Source: Vicugna vicugna
Taxonomy: Eukaryota
Length of the DNA stretch: 64,000 nt
Direction: 5' to 3'
NCBI GenBank assembly: GCA_013265495.1
Contig: MU058836.1
Location: forward strand, 1 to 64,000
How positions within the stretch are numbered: position 1 is the first letter of the stretch; every line of letters starts with the position of its first letter. The position numbers and the translations under genes are program-made. Below the pieces are notes generated by a model that was not told where the DNA came from, made no database searches, and worked only from the letters and a program-made list of their open reading frames with translations. Shown here one piece after another: positions 1 to 12,985 of the stretch.

Positions 1-186
1 CCCAAAAATGAAAATAAATAAAAGATAAAAAATGATAATTAAACATCATTAAAACATTTTTTTGGATCATGTAAGCATTACAGAATCACTATATAAGAAA
101 ATGTAAAAAGAAAATATGATACATGGTCTAGTATACAGGGTAGTCTCTGCACTGAGGAGCTGAGGGACATTGAGCATCGCATTTAC

Positions 187-386
187 CCACCGTAGGTCTC
201 CTATTTCTTCTCCTCTAAAAGGTGGGAACTCAGTTCCTCATCAGGGAGGACCATTCTGGTTGCAGAACTCTCTGTCTAGTTTACAAGTCTACAGATGTGT
301 TTTGCACGTCTTGGCTCCTCTGTTGGGCAGTGACATGCTCTTGTGGACACACCCAGTGTTTGGCCCAGAGCGAATCTGCCCAGCAT
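187..386 (-). pseudogene. Candidate pseudo-exon, 200 nt
   Basis: Acceptor cctttattcttccaag; donor TGG|gtaaat; stops in all three frames. Confidence 0.25.
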
Positions 387-1781
387 CTTGGAAGAATAAA
401 GGCATGCATTGAGACTCTCATAATTTTATCCCTAATAGACTCCACTTGTAATCATTTTCAGCCATTGTATCAAATTTATCTAGCTTATTTAATGAAACGT
501 GCTGGACTTGAATGTTATTATTAGATGTAGGGTTTATTATTCTGGTCTCTTTTGTGTTTCTTTCTCTTCTAACTTAAAATGATAGCACTGAGCAAAACAT
601 TAGATTCTATCCACTTGAACAAACACCCTACACATTACTTAAAATGATTTTGTTCAAAGTCATTGCAAACCCATACAATGCATGAGTCTATGTTTAATGC
701 TATCCTTGCTTCTGAAATTTGAAGCTTTTTCTCTATCTAGAACTCTGATTTGAAGAACTGGGTTGGGGGGGGACTGAGAATAGCAACTTCATCATAAGGT
801 TATCTGGCAGTAACTGGGTAAGGGCACAGATTTATAAATCCCTATAGTTCTTTAGAATTTCTATATATTTGGGGGCGGGTGGGAGAGGTTGTTCTATAAC
901 ATTACCTCTTTCCTAAATGTGATAGCCACATTATCCTTCCTTTATGTTTGCTATATAATTACCCTTGAGAGTAGTCTCTGGGTCGTATATAGGCAACCGG
1001 TAGATATTTTGTTTCCTCTCTGCTTCCCAGTGTGGAGGATGGAGGTGGATGAAACCAGATAGCCTAGTCCTGGGACTGCTACTTATTGGCTGGGTGAAGG
1101 TGGGCAGATGGCAACTTCCCTGTGACTCAGTTTCCATCTCATTAAGTTGAGTTGCCTTCCTCTCCAAATTGTGGTGAAGATCAAATAATGATATAAAACT
1201 ACAAAGGCCCTTTGGAGGTGGCCAGGGTAATTCTCCTTTAGCCCTGTCCCCAGGGTTCTCGGGAAAGCTGTCTCATGCCCCATCTCTGTCCTTTGCTAGG
1301 GACAGAGAGTTCAGTGATCTATATATTTTGCTTTAACGTTATGGTAATACTAACATGTAAACAGAATGTCTGCATTGATGTGTTCATTGCTGTCATCTAT
1401 TATTTCCTGTTATTGGAAGTTTTTCTCTAGGCTCCCTAGAAATGTATTAAAACTATTCGATTATAATCCTATACTCAGGGTAGTTAGCACTTTTAAGAGA
1501 GTAAACATGAAGTCCCTCTTTACCATGCCAGTATAATATCCTTTTGTTCCAGAGGTATGAAAAACAAATGAACAAACAAAAATAGTTTGTTATCGTCAAA
1601 TGGGATAGAGCACTAACCAAGATACGACAATGGCTTAAACTGTGAAAAATAAGCCTCCCTTTTATTTGCTCTCTTATCGTATGAAAATTCACCATACATA
1701 ACTTCCCCCACCCCCATCAAAATAGAAGCATACCAATCAAAAGAAGAAACTCTGGGTGTGCTAGTCTTTCTCCCACTCCAG

Positions 1782-1998
1782 TTTTACTGTGATGCAGTTG
1801 ACATAGAACATTTTTATTAGTTTAAGGTATACAACATAATGACTTGATACATGTGTACATTACAAAATGATCATCACATTAAGTTTAGTTAATATCCAAC
1901 ACCTCCTGTGGTCATAAATTTTTTTTCTTGTGAGAAGAACTTTAAAAAACCTAGTCTCTTCACCATTTTCAAATATACAGTACAGTATTGTTAACTAT
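1782..1998 (-). mobile_element. L1 3' end fragment (L1MA9-like)
   Basis: Antisense L1 3'-UTR text (tttaaggtatacaacataatgacttgata...tacagtattgttaactat). Confidence 0.7.
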
Positions 1999-2254
1999 GG
2001 CTGAGTGTTGTCTTCTAAACTGGTCTACCAGTATCCTGTTCAATTACGCCACCTGCTCCCTGCCAACTGTTTTTCTAACCAGAAGCTTCCAATGCAAAAC
2101 AACTGCTCTCTGCTAATTTAGCAGATTCCTGCCATAAACTCTGTTTTGAAATAGCAGTTTACTTAGGTAACACAGGCTGATGTGTTTGAGTTGCTGAGTT
2201 TTTATTTGATTTCACAATATATATATGAGAGCACACATAAATTTTTTTTTTTCG

Positions 2255-2400
2255 TAGAGATTATCCTATACATTTTTACAGAACAAGATTCCCAAACCCA
2301 GCTCCGGAGAGTCAAGCAGTTTGCCCAAGGTTATGTAACTGCTGGAGAACTGAGCTGTGACTTGCTCTCAAGCCCCAAGTTCCACATTTTCTTCATGACA
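2255..2400 (-). mobile_element. MIR SINE
   Basis: MIR core (cattttacag...ttgcccaaggtta). Confidence 0.55.
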
Positions 2401-2754
2401 TGCCTGATCATTTTCCCTCATCTCTAGGCAGTAGCAGCTTCTTTTCGCCCATCAATACTCCTGTAATTCTGCTTTCTGGACCATGCTGCTTCTCACGTTG
2501 AAGGATGCAGTTCTCAGTGACTTGGAGGAATCAGTAAATGTCATGCCCACCCTGGACGTGAATAGTGCTCTTTCACAGAAGTGAGAGGAGAGAACAGTCT
2601 TAAACTGAGGCACAAGGACTTTACTTATTTGAACTGTCCCATCGAGGCCATCTTCACCAACTAGGTCTCTAAGTTCCCTGCCTGTTTGTTTCCGTGGGAA
2701 TGACACTGTCTTTCACGAGGCTTCATGGGAAACAGACATTTCAAATCTCATTAC

Positions 2755-2772
2755 CTGACAAAGTCAGGCTTC
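2755..2772 (-). pseudogene. Candidate 18-nt micro-exon (KPDFV)
   Basis: gttctctttctattag|GAAGCCTGACTTTGTCAG|gtaatg; phase-compatible with the 3071-3159 exon. Confidence 0.25.
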
Positions 2773-3070
2773 CTAATAGAAAGAGAACAAAGGCCAATTT
2801 ATGTGGGAGGAAAAAGTGAGTCAGTTTGCTTTCTGACTAAAAGATGAGAGAACGCCCAACTATAAATCCCAGGTAGACCTGTATCTTCTCAGTTCTGGGG
2901 CTGCCTCCTAACTCAACCCATAATGGGAACAAATGCTTTCTGGAAGGAACTTGTAACAGGCCATCTCTACTGGAGACTGCAGACCTTTCTCAGCTTAGGT
3001 GACGACGTGGTCCCGAGGTGGTTTAGAGCAGATGACACACATAACCTCCTGGATCCTCTCGAGACCCTAC

Positions 3071-3159
3071 CATGGATGGAAGCCTGTCCTGGTTTCTACC
3101 TTCCCAGGCAATCAGTAAGCTATTATTTTATTGGGATCGAAGTCGTATCAACATGGCAT
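3071..3159 (-). pseudogene. Candidate pseudo-exon, 89 nt (MPC*YDFDPNKIIAY*LPGKVETRTGFHPW)
   Basis: Very strong acceptor ctctcttctctcctttag; donor ATG|gtaggg; both stops are TGA, compatible with CGA CpG decay. Confidence 0.4.
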
Positions 3160-3624
3160 CTAAAGGAGAGAAGAGAGCAAATACATGCGGTTCTGTGTGA
3201 GGGACCGTGATCTGAATGGCAGTGAGATTAAAGGACTATGTAGTAAGCTCTAGCCACGGGTCAGGCACTGAGCTGCGTCCTCCTTTTACCCATGGTCTTT
3301 CTTTTAATTGGCGCAGCCACTCTCCTATGAGGTTGGTAGAATAAGGACGAACATAGATCTGGCTTAACTCAAACCAGAACTGAACTGCCTTATTGCCATC
3401 CATAATTTAGCCTCCTAATGAGTCTGAACCAGGTCCTGTGGGAACCAGTTTTAAAGACAAGGGACCCTCGTGGAGCATTTTTCACCAGCAGGTCCTCTAA
3501 TCTCTCTTGGCTTTACGTTGGCTGTCGGCTAGGTGATGGAAGGTTATTTGCTCATTTCTTTTTCAGACTGGAATCTTCTGATATCTGAAAACTAACTAGC
3601 CACCTGGTACAACATGGTGGGCGA

Positions 3625-3820
3625 CATTAAAAGACAGACCATTGGAGTCAGGGAGATCAGGTTTTGAATCCCAGTCGTATCTCGTCATCGCTGTGTTGTG
3701 TTGGGCAAGTCACTTTACTTCTCTGGGGCCCAGTTTACTTATCTGTAACATGAACATGACAAAACCTATCTCACTGGGTTGTTTTGGAGGTTGAATTCGA
3801 TAATGTTTGTCAAAGGCACT
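3625..3820 (+). mobile_element. MIR SINE
   Basis: ggagtcag...ttgaatcccag...ttgggcaagtcacttt...cagttt...atctgtaa. Confidence 0.75.
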
Positions 3821-4140
3821 AGAGACAGTGGATGGTCAGCCAGAGGAACAAGGCAAGAGTTGAGGAGGAGAGCTCTGTGAGAAGTGACCCGTTAACGAAA
3901 CGTGTAATATCAGAGTGTAAAGATGACGGGGGAAAGGGTGAGTGGTCAAGGTGTTTCCAGGCATCGTGACCCCTAAACAAAGGTACTGATGTGGGGAAAA
4001 CACTGATGACAACTGAAGACAACAGCTTTTCCAAGGTGGCCTCGTTAAACGTTTAACTGGACCAGAATATTTTGTGGGTTTCCACACGTGGCCAAGAATC
4101 TTACACTGTGTTTTGTTTTTTCTCTGAATACCTTCCTCAC

Positions 4141-4189
4141 CATGCAGAGACACAGACTCAAGGCTGGCTGGAAAATCTACATGCTTGCT
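4141..4189 (-). pseudogene. Candidate exon, 49 nt (SKHVDFPASLESVSLH)
   Basis: Acceptor tttgtgttctctgacag; donor ATG|gtgagg. Confidence 0.25.
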
Positions 4190-5354
4190 CTGTCAGAGAA
4201 CACAAACCGATTATTGTGGTTAAAGTATTTTCTTGCTCTGATACGTCTCGTTTCAGACAGCCTCTCCCGCCCTCCCCGAGAGGGTGGTGGGAAGAATGAG
4301 TGACATGATTTACCGGGAAGATAAGGGAAGGGGCCTTCAGGTGACCTATAGGCTCTGTGAAGTGGGAGGTCACTGAAAGGTCAGGCTGAAAGGCTGCATT
4401 CCAGAAAGCTAATACTGGGTGGGGCGGGTTGTTCTCACTCCCCCCCAAGAGGTACTTGTTCCCCCAGATGCACTGCCTGCAGTATTTCTTGATTATCTGT
4501 GAACTTACATATACTGTCCTCTCTCCTCTGAGTGGCCCTGGCCTTGTTATCCCAATAGTGGGAGATGCAGAGGAGGCGCACGATGTGGTCTCTGCTCTCG
4601 AGAACCTTATTTAGCTAAAAAGAGAGGCTGGAAAATGAAGAAATAATATAAGATGTACTCAGGATGCTCTTGAATCCTGAGTATCGCTGGAATAGGAGAC
4701 CAAATTATGTTCTGGCAGACACTTATCACTGATGAAATACTCATCAACCCATCTCAAAATGGAGAGAAAGAACAATATTTTAAAGAACATATAAATCTGG
4801 CCACTATACTATATTTAATTACCATTTTATATGTATCTATTATATACATATGTATCCAGCTATCTTTCCTTCTGACAGGTCTTTATTTCGATTTGATTAT
4901 TTGTCCTTTAGTGTTTGCCTTTGATATTTTTTTCTTTATTTTGTGAGATAATCATGAGACTGTGAAGCCACTGTTTCTTCGGGTTCCATACGTGGAAGAA
5001 ATAAGTTTGTGGGTTGCCCAGACTTTTCCTTTTTTAATGTCACTGGTCCCTGGGAGTCTGGTTTAAAGCAGGAAGAGGAGAGTTTATTCTTGGGGGGAAG
5101 GAGGAGCCTGCTGATGGAGAGGGTGTGTGTGAGGAAGAGGTGGTGATACATGGAGATGGTTAGGTGAAGCCAGGTTAGGAAGTTAGATTTCACATCGTAG
5201 GGAATCGGGGACCATTCACTGTCTTGAACTAGAAAGTGACAGTGAAAACTGTAGGGAGGTGAGTTTGTCATCGTGACATGAGATGGATTAGAGGAGTGTG
5301 AAATTAGCCATTTATTTTAAGAAACATCACTTAGAGAAATTCCACCCAAGTTAC

Positions 5355-5399
5355 TGAAGGCCAGGTGATATTCAAGAAATTTTCAAATGAAAGATTCAA
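5355..5399 (-). pseudogene. Candidate pseudo-exon, 45 nt ((V)ESFI*KFLEYHLAF)
   Basis: Acceptor ggtttttcctcttag; donor TCA|gtaact; phase-compatible with the RIIFRAL frame of the 7963-8244 exon. Confidence 0.3.
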
Positions 5400-5559
5400 C
5401 TAAGAGGAAAAACCTCGAGGAGTGCAGTACTTGAGATTAGTCTCTGGGTTTCCAAGCCTCTGCTGCTTGTAGAGTCAGAATATGAGAAATGGGCTCTCCC
5501 TTTCTCATGGGAATGAGATGAGCCTGCTGCACCACATGAGGCAGCAAAGTGGGCCAGAG

Positions 5560-5900
5560 GGCAGGCTCGGGTCTAGTGTTCATCTTGGCTCCGTCTCTCA
5601 GCAGTTGTGCAACCCGGAGAAAGTTAGGCTTCATTTTCCTGCTATGAAATATGTGAAACACAGTATTACCTACATCACAAGGGCGTTGTGAAGATTAAGA
5701 GAGATAACGCAAGTATTGTGTGCATCAGAGTCTATGGCCCAGGGCAGGCTCTCAAGAAGCAAAGTTACCGTTTGCATCGGTGTGCTGGTTGGCAAGACAC
5801 TGACTCCCTCTGAGCCCCAGTCCACTCAGCTGTGAAAGGAGCGGGATCAGAACCGCCTTGAACAGTCATTGTGAGAACTAGACGAGATGGGCGTGGAAGC
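5560..5900 (+). mobile_element. Two MIR fragments
   Basis: MIR core/3' matches (gttgtgaagattaagagagataa; tctgagccccagt). Confidence 0.55.
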
Positions 5901-6479
5901 ACCCTGAAGCTGTACTTTGCTCTGTGGAGGCTAGATTTTATGATTACAGTTGTTCATAATAACTGATGTCATATAAAAACCATGTGTCTAGAACCTGAGC
6001 TTACATAGGTTCTTTCACATTTAAATGATCCACTGGGTTTACCAGTGATGGGATAATCTATGCAATGTTCATAGGTTAGGGCACTGGATGGTTCCGGCTC
6101 CCACGCTGAGCACTGGGCAGTGTAGTGGACAGGCTCGGGGCACAGTGTCTGGAGACTGGGCTCAGCCAATTACCGTCTGTATGATATTGGTTAGGGGACT
6201 TAGTCATTCTGGCTCTTGGCTTCTGCATCTTGACAAGAGTAGCTATAGACAAGATATCAAAAGAGAATGAGCATCTGGTCAAGAGGAAGCTCTCAACACA
6301 TGGCAGGTGTTTTTACTATGGAGGGAGGGAATGGCACACGCAGGGCAAGCCTTCTCTCAGGTCACCATCCTTCCCTTTCATTATTGTCCATAGCTGAAGA
6401 AAAACATAGAATCAGGACAAGACTTTTGGTTAGTGGAAATTGACTTTTATTGTTTTCCATCAGTAAATTCTGGGATACG

Positions 6480-6650
6480 TCTTTTCACCTGTGTTATTTC
6501 TGTAATCGCTGAAACACATCAAGAAGGGGACTTCTCAGACTCCCATCTTCTAGATGAAAAAGCTGAGGATCTGAGAATCTAACATTTCCTGCCCAAGGAA
6601 CACAGCTAATCAGAGGTAGGCTGGGATTTGAACCCAAGTATTTTCCTTCT
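6480..6650 (-). mobile_element. MIR SINE
   Basis: cccatcttctagatgaaaaagctgagg...cccaagg...ctgggatttgaaccca. Confidence 0.7.
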
Positions 6651-7019
6651 TACAATTACCCATAAATTTTCTGCTCTAAGTCTAGATATTTGAACTTTTA
6701 GTGTATTATTTGTCACTGCTATCCCTCATGCAGCCTAGATTATATATAAAATTATATGGGTAAGTCCTTTGTTCAAAATATGTTTGGGATGACTTTTGAT
6801 TTTAAATGTAATGCCATAAATCACCCATCTATTAATTAAGACAAATTCCTTTGGGAATTTATGTTTCCATAGTGATATGCCATTCTAAACAAACACTACG
6901 GCAGACATTGCAATCCATATGAGAGGGGATGAGGGTAGAAATGAATATTTGTTGAACGCCTTCCACTTGCCATGTACACTACATACGTTATTCCATTCAG
7001 TCCTCGGAGGATGTATCTG

Positions 7020-7800
7020 TTATTAAGTAGTTACCAGGTGCCTCTTCTGTTTCCAGTGTTCTGGGTGTGGAGGGTCCAGAATCGAAAGAAACAGAACCCA
7101 TGCCTTTGTGGAAATCAACATTCTTTGGAGAGAGATAAACAATAAATAGGATATATATGCCAGGTGAAAAGGAGTGCTATGGGGGAAAAGCACAGAAAGG
7201 GGATGGGGAGTGTTGGTAGGAAAATATGTGTATTTGTCCCCATCCAATAGGAAGGGTCTCACAGAGGCAGAGACTTTGAAAAGACAAAGGAGATGAGTGA
7301 ATGAGCTGGGGTGACACCTGGGGAAGAGTATTTTGGGCAGAAATAAATAGTAAGTGCTAAGGCCCTGAGGTAGGAATATAACTCGTCCGTTTGAAGAACA
7401 GAGGAACAGAGTGGCTGGAGTGGAGTGAATGAGCAAGAGACTAGTAGGAGATGAGATAACAGATAGGGTGCCTTGTAGACCTTTGTAAAGATGCTGGCTT
7501 TTATTTTGAACGAGATTGAAACCACTGGAAGGTTCTAAGAGTGACATGAGCTGGCTTATGTTTGAAGAAGAGCAGTCTGGCTGCTGAGAGCATAGTGAAT
7601 GTGTAGAAGGATTTTGCAACAATCCAGGTAAGGCAGGAGGGTAGCTTAGACGTGAGTGGTGGCTGTCTGAGAGAGAAGTGGTTGGATTTGTGATGTACTG
7701 ATAAGTAGAGCTGATGGATGAGAAAAAGAGGAGCCAGGGGTGACCCCAGGGCTTCTGGAACTGGAGCTGGAAGATTAGAGTTACCTTTGCTCAGGGCATA
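7020..7800 (-). mobile_element. L2 LINE fragment
   Basis: Purine-rich antisense L2 3' text (gccctgaggtagga...gtggctggagtggagtga...ggaaggttctaag). Confidence 0.75.
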
Positions 7801-7962
7801 GAAGACTACTCAAGAAGGTGCTGCTTAGCACCTCGCTCACACCCACACACTGAGGCTTTCCCCTACGTGACCTTGCCTCCTTCCAACTGGGCGAAATCCA
7901 CAAAATGATGAAATCGCGTCACTCAAGTTTATAAGCAGGCATGGTGTGGTTGGAAGACTCAC

Positions 7963-8244
7963 CAAGGGCTCTGAAAATGATTCTCTTTCTTCCCCTTTCA
8001 GACTAATTCTTGTTGTGAAATTCGAGTGCTCTAGTACACCCAAGCCAAACTCTTGGTCAACTAGTTGATTACGGAAAATAGGGTTTTCCTGGCAACTCTT
8101 CCATGTGCTTCTACTGCTTTTTCCCTATCGCAGAGATGGACCTCGGTGCCAAATTACTTCTTTTTCTCCAAAGTACATCTCCTTGGATAACCTCTCTGGC
8201 GGGTGTGGAACCACCACAATGGTTATTCATGGTTGGTCTTTAGA
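7963..8244 (-). pseudogene. Candidate pseudo-exon, 282 nt
   Basis: Acceptor gatgctttttag; consensus donor TTG|gtgagt. One frame gives ...EELPGKPYFP*STS*PRVWLGCTRALEFHNKN*SERGRKRIIFRAL; another gives SKDQP*ITIVVVPHPPERLS...ESFSEPL. Confidence 0.45.
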
Positions 8245-8679
8245 CTAAAAAGCATCAACCAGGGGAAAACAAATGAAAATGTAACTGTTTCACAAGTGGG
8301 TAGTAACTTCAGTGAAGTTGCAAGGAGTGGCATCCTGGGAGGCATGGATTTAGCTCAGCCTTCTGTGAGGACAGTGTCTATGTGATTGGCCACTCTGGGT
8401 CCCAGAGTTGTCAAGGCAAGACTTACCCCTCCCAAACCAGATGTCTTGCTATCCCTCTGCCTGCAAAGCTTTTCTAATTCAGACAAGGTTTGCAACAGAC
8501 AATAAAGGGATGAGTTGAATGTGATTAAATCCCCACCCTGGAATAAGAACTATATAGCTAACTCACAGTCAAGTAGGGCATATTTCTGTATCATATACCA
8601 TAGATAACATAGTGAGTGCTGGTGTCAACTCCCAATTTTCTTTCTCCAAATAATAAGTGAAAATATTAAGTTGGTATAT

Positions 8680-11600
8680 TTATTCACTCATTCATTTATT
8701 CATTTAGTTAACATTTTAGCAACCCTCGTATGCCAGGCATTGTGCTCAAAGTCACTGGAGTGGCTTCAAGAAGCTCCCACCAGCTCTCACCATCTATCAT
8801 GGGAAGGGTCAGAGTGGAAAGTACATACGTCCATGATGTTCCAGGCACTGTATTAGGTCCTGAGGGTACAGCAGTGACAAGACAGATAAGGTCCTTGCTC
8901 ACATAGATATTAGAGATGTGATTATTTCAGAGAATGGTGCTATATATATCCCCAAAAAAGTGATAACTGAATAGAAGGTGAATGGAGGTAGAGAGTTGAG
9001 ATCTTTTACAAAGAGTGGTTAGGACAGGGATATAATGATCGGAAAGAAGGAACACAAACATGGAGGCAGTTGAGGTAGGAATATATGGAAAGAGAGGGGA
9101 AAGGAACAGAGAGAAGGCCAGTGTGGTTAGAGTTTAGCAAATGAAGAAACTAGTGCAGTGAAATGATGTTGATCAAGGGCAGAGGAAGGGGCCTGAGCAC
9201 CGGGGCTTTTTAGGTCATGATTAAGGAGCTCTGTTTTTTATTGTAAGTATAATTGGAAGCTATTGGAGGGTTTGATACAACCTAAAATGTATGATTTAAC
9301 TTTATGCAGGGCAGAGAATGGACAGGAGGGGCCAAGATGGAAACAAGGAGACAGTCAGGAGGCCACGGCAGGTGAGAGATGGTGACTAGGACTGGTGGGC
9401 AGTGGTGGAGGTAATGGAAAGTGGTCAGAGAGAAGAACAAGAGAAGTGGAACGCCCAGAGATGGCCCCTAGATTTGGGGCTGAGCCACTAACTTAAACAG
9501 GCAAGACTGGGGAAGGAAGGAGATCATGAATCAAGAGTGCCTTTTGGAACCTGTTAAGCTTGAGATGGTAATTAAATATCCAGGTCTGAAGCTCAACACA
9601 GGAGGCATAGATGCAAGAGGTGTTATTGACTTGGTATCTCAACGTTGTGATGATACTGCTCAGACAGAGACTTAGAGACAGAAGAGGAGAGGGCTGAAGA
9701 TGGAGCTCTGAGGCATTCCAGCATCCACACTGCAGGCAGTGGAGGAGCGACTTACAAGAGCAGCTGAGCAGCATCAGAGGAAAAATAAAAGACTGATGTC
9801 ACAGAAACTGAGAGAAGATGGGATTTCAAAAAAGGAGAGGCTGCAGAATGTAAGAGTTAATTGATTCCTGTATTTTGCAAAATAGAGTTCATCGGTTGTC
9901 TTGACCATGGCCCTTTTAGTCGAGATGTGTATAGGATATATGAAAACACAATAAGTCATTCTGGAAAGTCACTCTAAGGGAAGTAATACAGAATTTGGAA
10001 TCAAAAGTTTGAAAGTGAGTTAGGCAAAGACAAGTGTCGGGGGAAAGTATTTCAGTAGAGAGCTCAGTATAATTAATCAAAGTTACAGGAATGTGGTGTA
10101 GGGGGAGCTATGAGCAATTTGGTCTTGCTGAATGATAAAGTAGTAAGCTGGAAGCTGGGGGGAAATTCCGTTCCAGGGCTAGATCATGAAGGGTACAGTG
10201 AATGACATCTGGAGGAAATGAGGAACTACTGAAAAGTGTTTAATCACGGAAATGGCATTATTTCATCTGCATCTGCAGCGAGGTCACTCTGCAGTCTGGA
10301 CTGTAGCAGGCAAGGTGAGAGTGAGTCAACAGTCCCACAGATGGACTGCTCAGGTGTTATGGTAAAAGATGATGTGGATAGCTATTTCAGGTAGAAAAGA
10401 GAGAGCACATCCCGGAAATAGTGAGGATGGAAAATTGGCAAGTCTTGATTGTGGGTTAGTCAAAAGCACCTTCTAAGTTTTGCTCTTCAGTGACTGGGTG
10501 AATGGCAGTGCCAGCACCTGTGATGGGCAAAACTGAAGGGGTATCTGGCTCAAGCAGAGGGTTAATAAGTTCACTTTCTCACCAGCTGACACTGAGGTGC
10601 TTGTGGGGCACGCTGAGGCAGTTTTCTAGTACTGGATATTAATTTGAAGTTTTGTGAAGAGGTGTGGATAGAAGATAAACACACACCTATTCTAGGATCA
10701 CTGAAAAATATACAAGGTATTTAACAATTCAAAGATTGATAACTAGCTCTTGCTAGTTTTAGTAGCACAGTGGCAGTGTGATGAGGAGTTTGACGTTTGA
10801 ATCTGGAGGAGAGAGAGATTGGACAGTCATTAAAAGGATATATAAGATTGAAGAGATAATCTCACTCGTTTAGGATGGGAAAAACTTTACTTTAAAATGT
10901 CTCTTGGCTCAGGAGAAGGAATAAAAGAGTGATTCAGGAGGGAAGTGGACTGACTGAGAATGACTAGACGAGGATGTACTCAGGACTGAGATGAGCGCTT
11001 GGCTGTGATCAGGAGCAAGGACAGCTCAGTCTCTGACACTGCAGGTGAGCAGCTGGTGTGAATGTGGAGCAAGTGAGAAGACTCGGTTTTCCAGAACTCT
11101 TGAAAGGCACAAGATCATTTCTGAGAATGAAGGAGGTGGGTGTTGGGTAGGGGACTTGAGATCAGTGGAAGTTTGAAAGAGCATCAGTGAGAAAGAGAAA
11201 AAGGAGACGACCAAGACCTGATAAGGAGACTGATGAGCCCCTCCTGGCTCGTTTAGGAGAGCGTGAGTGTGTGGAGCTGTCAGTCTGTGGCTGCCTGCTT
11301 CTTCTGGAAGCACTAAACAATGCAAGTATAGAAGTGGAGAAAAAAAATGAAAAATTAAAATACTGAACCCAAGATAGGTTTATGCTGAAGTAAAAGATGA
11401 GAGGAAAAAAGAACCAATGAGAGAGTAGTTTGATGTCTTTTATGGGACCTGAGTTGGGTAGAAAAAGAGAATGGAAAGATATGAATGAGCCAAGGTACCA
11501 AATAGGTTGAAGGACACTTAAGACCAGAATTAAGATACTGAGGGACCTGGAAGGTGGTTTATGTGAGAAATTGAAACTTAGTATTATTTCAGAGGAGGAA

Positions 11601-12100
11601 CTTTCCAGGTGATGGCAAGTTCTAAGGAGTGGCCACAAGAGTGAATGACCAGGTAGGGTGAGATGGAAAAGAGGTGAAGGCCTCAAGGGCTACTGGTGTT
11701 AGATGCTAGATGGCTCGTCAGCGTGGAAATTAACGCCATTCTCGTGACAGAGATTTATGTGGGGCCAGAATCCACAATACATGAAGGGGAGGGACCGTGA
11801 AGCCAACAGTAGACAGCGGTGGGTGAGAACAGAGGCTGGAGGATTAGGAGTTTTTACAGGAAGTGGATGAACAAAAATCTAGAAGCAGTATGGAGAAACA
11901 AAAACCTCAAACCTACCTCCTGACAGTTTTCAAGGGGAAAGGCGGAAGGATTAATGTATGATAAGCTTAATATGGGAGAATTTATTTATGATGGAGGGTT
12001 CAGGGTTCCAGAGGTCTTACTGGGAACGTTTGAAAGAGAGCGCAGTAAGGGGGTATAAATATGAATTAAGCAGAAACGACGATGGGGCTTTGCTCTGGTA
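8680..12100 (-). mobile_element. Cluster of degenerate L2 fragments
   Basis: L2 tail (ttcactcattcatttattcat...tgccaggcattgtgct) followed by about 3 kb of purine-rich antisense L2-like sequence. Confidence 0.65.
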
Positions 12101-12642
12101 GCCAGCACTAGCGGGGAAGCTGGTAGAACGTGCTGGCTGCAAAGACTCATAGAGAACACTGGCATAAAGCAGTAGTTGGTGAGGTCTAGCCCTGCCGGCA
12201 CTTTGGCAGCCTACCCTAGTGACTGGTGCAGGGGTGCCCCTTCAAGGTCAGAGACTGGGCCGTGGGCCACGTGAAGCCTCCCGCTGGCACAGAGACAGGA
12301 GGCTTTTAGCTCTAGGCACTGAGTTCTCTTCCCCTGGCATGGTCAACTTCCTTCTCTTTTTCTTCCACGTGTCCCTTGATGTTCTGGTCCCTTGCCCTTC
12401 AGCCACGAAATGTCAGTCTCTCTATCAGTCTGTGCTCTGCTTAAGTCCCCCTTCAGTGCACACTTTGGGTACAGACTTTTTCACCTGATTCCTATGCATA
12501 CGTGTTACCTCCAGCGTATGTATGCTAGGGCCTGCTCTTCACTCTTTAAGCAGGTGTACCTTGTGTTTTTCTCTTTGAGGGGTTTTGATGATTTCGATGG
12601 GGAGAATAATTCCTAATGGGAACCGAGAATGAAAATTGGTAC

Positions 12643-12985
12643 CTTCTTCATTCTGCTCATTGGAAAAATATTGAAAGCGGGACACTTCCTGTGTAATTCC
12701 ACTTAATTTCTTCCCATGCTGTCCCACTTCCACAGTGATCACGCTCTCATTGGGGCTATGTCATGATTGCTGATAACATACAAAAGAGTATGTGCTCTTC
12801 TCGGGTATAATTTCCGCAGCCTTGGAGAAATCTAGGGTGCTCTGTGTAAGCATGAATAATGTAAGGATCACCCGGAAGTCCTGGTAACTCTACACTTTTC
12901 TTAATAAAACGCAGAGTGCAATTTATAAATTCTGGCTGCAGCCGCATCCCCCAGAACCTTGTTCTCACCATGCAGATCTGGAAGC
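12643..12985 (-). pseudogene. Candidate pseudo-exon, about 343 nt (FQICMVRTRFWGMRLQPEFINCTLRFIKKSVELPGLPGDPYIIHAYTEHPRFLQGCGNYTREEHILFCMLSAIMT*...)
   Basis: Strong acceptor ctctctgccctctgctag; about 76 codons open from the acceptor (track ORF 12756..13010); a second frame (12539..12742) is open downstream; donor AAG|gtacca is uncertain. Confidence 0.45.

Noticed and set aside
2435..2580. + strand exon QLLFAHQYSCNSAFWTMLLLTLKD...SQK ending at gtgaga, phase-compatible with 24829 or 3566
   Set aside because: The acceptor is ambiguous (the best AG gives a frame with a stop) and the peptide is unrecognised; not enough support to list.
4640..4760. Box1-like IIWSPIP peptide on the minus strand
   Set aside because: No transmembrane exon and weak splice context; likely chance.
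7023..7622. 199-aa ORF, the longest in the track (also 11162-11686)
   Set aside because: Lies within degenerate L2 sequence; L/S/F-rich composition; no gene context.
12740..12880. TTLL/ATP-grasp, TIR or APOBEC-like resemblance of the 12985 exon
   Set aside because: Needs ad hoc frame switching and key catalytic motifs are missing.
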